Of a DNA stretch of 64,000 nt, positions 1-6,640 are shown in pieces. The position numbers were made by a program, and so were the translations under genes. Positions within the stretch are counted from its first letter, which is position 1. Each line of letters begins with the position of its first letter. The notes beneath the pieces were generated by a model. The model saw only the letters and a program-made list of their open reading frames with translations, had not been told where the DNA came from and ran no database searches. This DNA comes from Candidatus Enterousia sp. GTDB taxonomy: Bacteria; Pseudomonadota; Alphaproteobacteria; Rs-D84. The DNA lies in NCBI GenBank assembly GCA_045613785.1, contig JAZLBQ010000004.1, forward strand, positions 1 to 64,000. The letters are read 5' to 3'.

Positions 1-4
1 ATTT

Positions 5-122
5 ATTCTGGTGATTATTGAGCGGGAGCCACCCTCTGTTCCATCCCGAACCAGACAGGGAAACCCCGTATCGCCGATGGTACTTTGGCTTAAGCCACGG
101 AAGAGTAGGTCGTCGCCAGAAT
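5..122 (+). rRNA. rrf: 5S rRNA (3' end of an rRNA operon; mature ends approximate)
   Basis: Conserved 5S motifs CCATCCCGAAC, GCCGATGGTA and GAGTAGGTCGTCGCC; terminal helix ATTTATTCTGG (1-11) pairs with CCAGAATAAAT (116-126). Confidence 0.95.
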
Positions 123-153
123 AAATCCAGTTATCGATATAAAAACCGAATTC

Positions 154-180
154 AGCCCCGCATTGCGGGGCTTTTGTTTT
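154..180 (+). terminator. Intrinsic terminator after 5S rRNA
   Basis: AGCCCCGC-ATT-GCGGGGCT followed by TTTGTTTT. Confidence 0.85.
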
Positions 181-263
181 GCTGAAAAATGTGCTATAAT
201 TTTCCTATGATAAAATACCAAAAACCAGATAGGCAAAGATGGTAGAGAACAAAGAGGGTAAGT

Positions 264-794
264 ATGAAATACGAACTTCGTCCACTGACAGTTGCGGATG
301 CAGACAGCTTATATGACTTCTATCAAACAATTCCTGCAGCGGAAAATGGTGCGGGCAACAAGGCATATGGACTGACCAAGGAACAATTCATAGAATGGGT
401 AAAACAAGAAGTAAAATGGTCGCAAGGCCTAGACCTGCGTTCGGATTGGGTCGCAGGCACAACCTATGTCCTGTATGTTGATGGTGTTCCGGTTGGACGC
501 AGCAACCTGCGCCACTATCTGAACGCTGCATTGGAACAGGACGGTGGGCATATTGGTTTGTCAGTTGCACCGCAATACCGCGGCTACGGATACAGTAAAA
601 TCTTGTTGCGTGAAACATTGAAACGCGCCAAAGAAAAAGGCATCAATCCTGTGCTGGTGTTCCATTTTGCCGACAATATTCCTGCATGCAAAATGTCAGA
701 AAGTGTCGGGGGCAAATTAGTGGAAGAACGTTTTCATGAAAAGCATGGACGTTTTATTCGTAAATATACTTTTGATACATCTAAGTTAGATTAA
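264..794 (+). CDS. GNAT family N-acetyltransferase
   Basis: GGHIGLSVAPQYRGYGYS acetyl-CoA motif A and N..AC..SE..GG motif B; RBS GAGG; extended -10 TGCTATAAT near 193-201. Confidence 0.85.
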   Translation: MKYELRPLTVADADSLYDFYQTIPAAENGAGNKAYGLTKEQFIEWVKQEVKWSQGLDLRSDWVAGTTYVLYVDGVPVGRSNLRHYLNAALEQDGGHIGLSVAPQYRGYGYSKILLRETLKRAKEKGINPVLVFHFADNIPACKMSESVGGKLVEERFHEKHGRFIRKYTFDTSKLD

Positions 795-840
795 GCGTCT
801 CGCCTCCGTCCCAAAACATTCACAAAAATTCCAGTTTTAC

Positions 841-862
841 CCGCCCATCTGGGCGGTTTTTT
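841..862 (+). terminator. Intrinsic terminator, CCGCCC/GGGCGG family
   Basis: CCGCCC-ATCT-GGGCGG-TTTTTT. Confidence 0.85.
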
Positions 863-925
863 GTTTTCTTTTTTTTCGTATTTGTTATAATTACCTGGTC
901 CTGAATGGTATAAAAGGGTGTAAAA

Positions 926-1558
926 ATGAAAAATAAACTAATAGAGTGGTTTCATGAACACAAAAAAGAAAAATCAACTATGCTGAAACTGGAAGAAACC
1001 CACAAAGAATTTCATAAAATTTTTCAAAATGCGGTCGGACCAAGAAATTTGCATGATTATGCAGCAGCAAGAAACATGACAATGGAACAGGCCGAGGATT
1101 GGAAATTCGCACTGACCGCACAAGACATAATTAACGAACATATTCCTGCAAATGTTGCGGGATGCAGTGGTCGTGCTGCTGTTTTTTCCGAATTGTTGCA
1201 AAAGAAAATGATTACACACAAGATTATTTTAACTGCAGTTGTAAAAAATCTAAATAGTGCACGCATCGATATTCAATCTGGCAAGAAACCAAATATAATA
1301 CATGGTCACCAAATCATAGCAGCTGAAATTGATGGTTGCCTGCGTATGTTTGATCCTGGAGAGAAAGAACTGAATCTAATAGACTGTGATGTTTCTGTTG
1401 GTCAGACACTTAAATATCCATTTAGTAATGATGAGTATATTATTACAAATATCATGTCAGCCAATGAATATAAAGCGATAAACACGCTTGGGAAATTGCA
1501 GTCCACATATATGCAAATCTGGAATGATAATCAAATACATCAAAAAGACGACCGTTAA
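926..1558 (+). CDS. Hypothetical protein with putative transglutaminase/papain-like Cys-His-Asp triad
   Basis: AGC80SGRAAVF, HGH128QI, MFD143P; upstream TGTTATAAT and RBS AAGGG. Confidence 0.6.
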   Translation: MKNKLIEWFHEHKKEKSTMLKLEETHKEFHKIFQNAVGPRNLHDYAAARNMTMEQAEDWKFALTAQDIINEHIPANVAGCSGRAAVFSELLQKKMITHKIILTAVVKNLNSARIDIQSGKKPNIIHGHQIIAAEIDGCLRMFDPGEKELNLIDCDVSVGQTLKYPFSNDEYIITNIMSANEYKAINTLGKLQSTYMQIWNDNQIHQKDDR

Positions 1559-1562
1559 ACCC

Positions 1563-1585
1563 ACCGCCCACCCGGGCGGTTTTTT
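1563..1585 (+). terminator. Intrinsic terminator, CCGCCC/GGGCGG family
   Basis: ACCGCCC-ACCC-GGGCGGT-TTTTT. Confidence 0.85.
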
Positions 1586-1634
1586 ATTTAGTATTTTTCT
1601 GACTGTGATATAATAGTCCAAAAAAGGAAACATT

Positions 1635-2138
1635 ATGCTACAACTGGTAAAACCATCACATGAACTTATTCCTGGGTTTAAAGAAGTTATGGAAGAGCAA
1701 CGCACAGATTCTGGCACACATTTATATACCCCAGGTGTTTTGTCGTTGATTAATATGATAGAGCAAGGACGTGAATCTGAATGGCTGGAACATATATCTG
1801 CCCAAGAAAATATTAGTTTATTTTGGCTGATGGATGATAATAAATATATCGGCTGCTTTACTTTTCGGCACCAATTAACAGAAAAGCTAATGCAACGTGG
1901 TGGAAATATTGGATATAACATAATTCCATCTCAAAGACGCCACGGTTATGCTTTTGCAGGGCTAAATTTGCTGTTAGGACAGCTGAAAAAAATGGGATAT
2001 GATAAAGTGTTGATAACATGTGGCACTGATAATGACAAATCTTATTCCCTGATACAAAAGGCTGTTTCGACATTTGGGGGCGAATTTTTACCAATCTCAG
2101 AATTAAATGAATATCGTGCATGGGTAAATACATACTGA
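1635..2138 (+). CDS. GNAT family N-acetyltransferase (paralog of 264..794)
   Basis: RHQLTEKLMQRGGNIGYNIIPSQRRHGYA and VLITC..DN..S motifs; RBS AAGGA. Confidence 0.85.
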   Translation: MLQLVKPSHELIPGFKEVMEEQRTDSGTHLYTPGVLSLINMIEQGRESEWLEHISAQENISLFWLMDDNKYIGCFTFRHQLTEKLMQRGGNIGYNIIPSQRRHGYAFAGLNLLLGQLKKMGYDKVLITCGTDNDKSYSLIQKAVSTFGGEFLPISELNEYRAWVNTY

Positions 2139-2151
2139 TATAAACAACCCC

Positions 2152-2175
2152 ACCGCCCCACCTGGGCGGTTTTTT
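2152..2175 (+). terminator. Intrinsic terminator, CCGCCC/GGGCGG family
   Basis: ACCGCCC-CACCT-GGGCGGT-TTTTT. Confidence 0.85.
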
Positions 2176-2228
2176 CTTGCGTGTGGTTTGTGATTTGTTA
2201 TTATCACAAATAAGAAAAAGGATTTTAT

Positions 2229-2615
2229 ATGCCAATAACACCACTGGGCAGATACTATAATGTGCAAAATGCAATCAAAGTATATCATCACAGAAATGGC
2301 GAAGTTTATATCACGCATGGCGATGATTTTTATGCCGTGCATATCATCAAGCAAACAGCCCCATACAGTGAAGAATATAGAACGCGCGGTCGCATGGATT
2401 TATTGTGTGCTGGCGAATTTTTTGACGTTGCTGTGCGTTATCTGCGCGGCGAAATTAAATGGACAGAACCTGTTCATAAATTCAGTTGTAAATTTAATTC
2501 GTGTAAATCACAGGGATGTACAGATAAAAATTGCCCGCGCGCACTGGGTGGTGCAGATTACAGATATATTTTTGGCGCATCTTGCCCATTTAGAAAATTA
2601 CCACGCACACGTTAA
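2229..2615 (+). CDS. Hypothetical protein with C-terminal Cys cluster
   Basis: RBS AAGGA, own promoter (TTGCGT..TATTAT), stop directly before terminator; five Cys in the C-terminal ~42 aa. Confidence 0.7.
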   Translation: MPITPLGRYYNVQNAIKVYHHRNGEVYITHGDDFYAVHIIKQTAPYSEEYRTRGRMDLLCAGEFFDVAVRYLRGEIKWTEPVHKFSCKFNSCKSQGCTDKNCPRALGGADYRYIFGASCPFRKLPRTR

Positions 2616-2621
2616 AGTCAG

Positions 2622-2642
2622 CCGTCCATTTTGGGCGGTTTT
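2622..2642 (+). terminator. Intrinsic terminator, CCGCCC/GGGCGG family (variant)
   Basis: CCGTCC-ATTTT-GGGCGG-TTTT. Confidence 0.7.
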
Positions 2643-2718
2643 AAATTGGGTAAAGCGTCCTGTGGCGAATAGTGAGTGGCTGTGGCAAAATATACTCACC
2701 AGAGGAAGAGAGAACGCC

Positions 2719-3303
2719 ATGCACGTCAAAAAGATTATCTTATTGCCAGCACTATTTTTTACCGTCGCTGGCAACGCCACCACAAGTGCGACAAATACAT
2801 CCACTACAACATCTCAATCGCCACGTATTCTGGTTGCGTATTTTTCAATGCAAGACGGCAATACTGGCGATGTTGCACGTGCAATCGTTGAAGCAACAGG
2901 TGGTGATTTATACCGTATTATGGTGGCAGAGCCCTATCCAGCAGACGACAAAGTTCGTAAAGAATTATTGACCACACAGGTAGAAGAAAACATACTGCCG
3001 GCATTGGCAGGTTCTGCTCCGAAAATTTCTGAATATGATATCATATTTCTGGGCTCGCCCGTGTGGGCAAATCACTTGTCCCAACCTGTAAAGAGTTTTC
3101 TATATAAATATGACCTATCGGGCAAAACAGTTATTCCGTTTGTTTCTCATGGCGGTGGTGGTCGTGGTCGCAGTTTCTCAGATGTTGCAGAATTATGCGA
3201 TGGTTGTATTGTAGATACTGATGGCTGGTCCAGTTGGGGTGGCGGTCGTCAGCGTGGAATTGTGAAGTGGATAGAAAAGAAATTGGCTCAGCACAAAAAA
3301 TAA
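2719..3303 (+). CDS. Flavodoxin-like protein with N-terminal signal peptide
   Basis: ILVAYFSMQDGNT, YDIIFLGSPVW and GKTVIPFVSHGG motifs; start at ATG 2719 with RBS GAGGA, not 2260. Confidence 0.85.
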   Translation: MHVKKIILLPALFFTVAGNATTSATNTSTTTSQSPRILVAYFSMQDGNTGDVARAIVEATGGDLYRIMVAEPYPADDKVRKELLTTQVEENILPALAGSAPKISEYDIIFLGSPVWANHLSQPVKSFLYKYDLSGKTVIPFVSHGGGGRGRSFSDVAELCDGCIVDTDGWSSWGGGRQRGIVKWIEKKLAQHKK

Positions 3304-3308
3304 CCCAG

Positions 3309-3330
3309 CCGCCTATTCGGGCGGTTTTTT
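3309..3330 (+). terminator. Intrinsic terminator, CCGCCC/GGGCGG family
   Basis: CCGCCT-ATTC-GGGCGG-TTTTTT. Confidence 0.85.
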
Positions 3331-3464
3331 GTTCCTGTTGTAAAAAGATTATTCTTGTTCATGTATAATGCAGCAAGTGGCTAAACATCCCAGAAAAGTA
3401 GCGTTTTTTTTTATTGTTTTTTCAAATTCTATATTTATTATATTGAAAAAAAACTAGGCTTTTT

Positions 3465-4112
3465 ATGAAAAGAAAAAATAATTTATTAAATATTGCAGAA
3501 CAGGCAGACGTTCGTTTTCTGAAAGAATTGTCGGCAGGATTGTCGGTCGTTGATTTTTCTGGCAAGAACTTTCGTGTGTTTGGTCCTCGTCAATACAGTT
3601 TGATGATTGAAAATTATCAGGTCATGGTTGCACAAACTGATGTTTATTACTATCCAAATAGACTGCTAAAAATGGTAAACAGTGGCAAGTGGGACTTTGT
3701 GCCAGGTGAACTGGAACGGTATGAGGTATATGTTTTTGAAAATCGTTTCCCGATGCATATCCAGGATTCACACGATTTATTACTAGGAACACCTGTTGAT
3801 ATCAACGTTTGGCGTTCTAATTATAACACATTGATGATGAAAGGAACAATGGCGACAGATCGTGGTTTTTATCGCACGCATTGTTTTGACAATCGTCCGA
3901 TAGAAGTGTTTACAGACCAGAATCAGCATTTATTTGAATCTGCAAAACAGTTGTATAATATCTTTCATGGTCAGATGTCCAAGGCAACCAATGTTGTTCA
4001 TGTTGATACAAATGCGTTCCAAATAAAACCCGTGCGTGATGAGTTTGAACTTATTGAACATCGCAGACAACTGTTGTCAAAGATTCAAGAAATAAAAACA
4101 AAACAAAAATAA
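3465..4112 (+). CDS. Hypothetical protein (paralog of 4940..5566)
   Basis: 215 aa ORF; collinear motifs shared with 4940..5566. Confidence 0.8.
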   Translation: MKRKNNLLNIAEQADVRFLKELSAGLSVVDFSGKNFRVFGPRQYSLMIENYQVMVAQTDVYYYPNRLLKMVNSGKWDFVPGELERYEVYVFENRFPMHIQDSHDLLLGTPVDINVWRSNYNTLMMKGTMATDRGFYRTHCFDNRPIEVFTDQNQHLFESAKQLYNIFHGQMSKATNVVHVDTNAFQIKPVRDEFELIEHRRQLLSKIQEIKTKQK

Positions 4113-4125
4113 ACAAGGTGAAAAT

Positions 4126-4323
4126 ATGAAAAACAAGAAAAAATTAAATTTAATGGATGCTGTCGCTATTACTGTTGCTGTGTCTGGAATCTGCGGAATG
4201 ATATATGCAGGCTGCAAGGATTTTGAGCAAAAAATAAACAAACAACGAACCTTTGGAACCTCTGCAATAGTGGTCTTGGGGGCAGGTATGATTTGTTTAA
4301 TAAATGAAGACAGACAAAAATAA
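4126..4323 (+). CDS. Small membrane protein, two hydrophobic segments
   Basis: RBS AAGGTG; stop overlaps bidirectional terminator. Confidence 0.6.
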   Translation: MKNKKKLNLMDAVAITVAVSGICGMIYAGCKDFEQKINKQRTFGTSAIVVLGAGMICLINEDRQK

Positions 4324-4348
4324 AAAGTCCCCAATTGGGGATTTTTTT
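4322..4348. terminator. Bidirectional intrinsic terminator
   Basis: AAAAA-GTCCCC-AATT-GGGGAT-TTTTTT between convergent genes. Confidence 0.85.
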
Positions 4349-4832
4349 ATATTACAACACCCAGCGTATATTTTGCAATTTCGCCAATAACAAAAGAAAC
4401 AATCGAAACGCCCGAACAAATAATCAGCATTTCAATAGCGTGTCGCCACCACGATTGTTTGTGTGCATGTCCAATGCACCAGTTGCACATCAGTATAATT
4501 GCAACAGCCATTACGCCTGACATAATAAGGGCAGTGTATGTGTCAGCTATAATCAAAAAAGGGAAAATTAAAAACGCACACGTTCCCAGATATGCTACAC
4601 CTGTCATTGCACCTGCACGCAACGCATACGGGTTGTCGTTTGTCTTTTCTGCCAGATAGCATGATGCAGCCATTGACAAACCTGCTGCAACAGAAGCGAT
4701 AACTGCGGACAGAATAATCAATCGTCTGTCTGCCAGTGCAAATGTAAGGCCGCCAATCATACCTGTAAGAGAAACCAACGCATCGTGCATTCCCAGCACA
4801 ACGGCTGCTGCTGTTTTTAGTCTTCGTGTCAT
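4347..4832 (-). CDS. VIT1/CCC1 family Fe/Mn transporter-like protein
   Basis: VLGMHDALVSLTG and AAGLSMAASCYL motifs; about 5 TM segments. Confidence 0.85.
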   Translation of the reverse strand: MTRRLKTAAAVVLGMHDALVSLTGMIGGLTFALADRRLIILSAVIASVAAGLSMAASCYLAEKTNDNPYALRAGAMTGVAYLGTCAFLIFPFLIIADTYTALIMSGVMAVAIILMCNWCIGHAHKQSWWRHAIEMLIICSGVSIVSFVIGEIAKYTLGVVI

Positions 4833-4939
4833 ATTTTCATTATATCATACTTGCAAGCTGTTGTGCTACAGGAATGAAATAAAATATTGACAATAATCTT
4901 TTGTGTTCTACAATTTTCCTGTAATTCAAGGATTGTATA

Positions 4940-5566
4940 ATGAATAAAAAAACAGAAACCACATTAACACCACAACAAATTCAAGATCGGGATTTTTTGA
5001 TGGCCTTGGTCGCATTGTTAAAAAAATCGAACTTGTCCAGATTAGATTTAAAAACAACTGGGGGGTTACACCGGACACACAGTGCGCTGGTCGAAAATTA
5101 CGAGATAAATGTTCGTCAAACACCTGTGTTTGGATATCCCAAAAAATGGAATCGTATATTGCTTTGGGGCGAATGGATATTCGAACCTGGTAAATACGAA
5201 CGTTATGAGTTAAGTGTATTCGAAAACCTGCGCAATCAACGCCGTGAAGATTACCAGAATGAATATTCTCTAAAAGAGAGTTTAGGAAACGACGTTTTAA
5301 TATCTGGCACAATGGCCACAGGTTTAGGGACGTATCCAACGACCCAGCGTTTTGAAAATCGTTCCGATTCAAACATATATAGTCTGTTTTCAAATCAAAA
5401 TGAGCATTTATTTGTGTCTGCTCGTCAGTTGTATGAATTACTGGATGATGAATACAATCGTCGTGTTCAGACGCACAAGAAATACCAATTGCCGGAAATC
5501 AAGGATTGTGATGCGCAACGTGCAATGCAGGTGCGTATGCTTGAAAAATTAAAGCGCAGTTTATAA
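4940..5566 (+). CDS. Hypothetical protein (paralog of 3465..4112)
   Basis: TTGACA..TACAAT promoter, RBS AAGGA; motifs shared with 3465..4112. Confidence 0.8.
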   Translation: MNKKTETTLTPQQIQDRDFLMALVALLKKSNLSRLDLKTTGGLHRTHSALVENYEINVRQTPVFGYPKKWNRILLWGEWIFEPGKYERYELSVFENLRNQRREDYQNEYSLKESLGNDVLISGTMATGLGTYPTTQRFENRSDSNIYSLFSNQNEHLFVSARQLYELLDDEYNRRVQTHKKYQLPEIKDCDAQRAMQVRMLEKLKRSL

Positions 5567-5571
5567 ATAAT

Positions 5572-5603
5572 AAAAAACCGCCCCTGGTTATGGGCGGTTT
5601 TTT
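5572..5603 (+). terminator. Intrinsic terminator, CCGCCC/GGGCGG family
   Basis: AAAAAA-CCGCCC-CTGGTTAT-GGGCGG-TTTTTT. Confidence 0.85.
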
Positions 5604-5658
5604 ATTGCACCCAATCGTGAAATATTTTATATTTTCCCCCGAAAGGAAAGAAATCACT

Positions 5659-6549
5659 ATGTCTGAATTTGAAAATAAATTATTATCAATGCGTCCCATG
5701 CAGAAACGAAAACTTGTGTTGGCATCTGCGACAGATTCCAATGCACTGGCTGCTGTTGTCACGGCACACAAACTAGGGTTTGTTGATGCGATTTTATGCG
5801 GCGATAAAAGTGAAATTTTATCGGTTGCAAAATCAAATGATTTGGATATTTCTGATTTTGAAATTGTTCATTGCGATGATGATTTGGCATCTGCGGCCAA
5901 GGCGGTTGAAATTGTTCGCAATCATCAGGCAGAGATTTTGATGAAAGGACTAATTCATACAGCAGATTTGTTGCGTGCTGTCTTAAATCGAGAAACAGGT
6001 ATTCGAGGTGATGGTATTTTGTCGCATGTTTCTGTTTTGTATTCGCCATCACGTAATCGCACATTGTTTTTAACTGATATTGCAATGGTTATGTATCCTG
6101 ATTTGGACAAGAAGATAGGTTTGGTAAAAAATGCCGTATCTTTTGCTCAGCATATGGGGGTTGAATTGCCCCGTGTTGCACCATTGTGTGCGGTTGAAAC
6201 ATTAAATCCTGCGATGCAGGCAACGCTTGATGCGGATGCGTTGAATAAAATGAATCAATCTGGCGAAATCTCAGGTTGTATTATTTCTGGACCAATATCA
6301 TTTGATATTGCGGTGTCGCCTGCCGCCGCCACTGCCAAGAAATACGATGGTCCGATTCAGGGCGACGCAGACATATTACTGTTTCATAATATCGAAGCGG
6401 GCAACAACACGATAAAGGCGATGGTTCAATTTAGTGATTGGATATTTGGTGGTGTAATCATTGGTGCTCGTTGTCCAATAGTGTTAAATTCCAGGTCAGA
6501 TTCAGACATATCAAAACTGTTTTCAATTTGTTGTGCATGCACAATGTAA
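5659..6549 (+). CDS. ptb: Phosphate butyryltransferase / phosphate acyltransferase (PTA_PTB family)
   Basis: ILMKGLIHTADLLRAVL, GPISFDIA, GDADILL..NIEAGN and NSRSD motifs; RBS AAGGA. Confidence 0.85.
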   Translation: MSEFENKLLSMRPMQKRKLVLASATDSNALAAVVTAHKLGFVDAILCGDKSEILSVAKSNDLDISDFEIVHCDDDLASAAKAVEIVRNHQAEILMKGLIHTADLLRAVLNRETGIRGDGILSHVSVLYSPSRNRTLFLTDIAMVMYPDLDKKIGLVKNAVSFAQHMGVELPRVAPLCAVETLNPAMQATLDADALNKMNQSGEISGCIISGPISFDIAVSPAAATAKKYDGPIQGDADILLFHNIEAGNNTIKAMVQFSDWIFGGVIIGARCPIVLNSRSDSDISKLFSICCACTM

Positions 6550-6576
6550 AAAATCGGTTTTATTGCCGATTTTTTT
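6548..6576 (+). terminator. Intrinsic terminator
   Basis: AAAAAATCGG...CCGATTTTTTT. Confidence 0.75.
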
Positions 6577-6640
6577 CTTGCAATTATGGAAATCATGCCC
6601 CACAATCTTCTGGCATTTTTATTTCTACAAAGGAGAACTA

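Noticed and set aside
785-1560. GTTRRRY matches (GTTAGAT 785, GTTAAAC 1554) as integron attC cores
   Set aside because: No matching RYYYAAC with L-box hairpins, they are absent from the other junctions, and there is no intI in the window.
2260-2718. 153-aa N-terminal extension of the flavodoxin ORF (347-aa call)
   Set aside because: It overlaps the 2229..2615 gene in another frame and runs through a terminator; ATG 2719 has its own RBS and signal peptide.
841-5603. Repeated hairpins as a CRISPR array
   Set aside because: Spacing is 0.5-2 kb and holds whole genes, the loops vary, and there are no cas genes.
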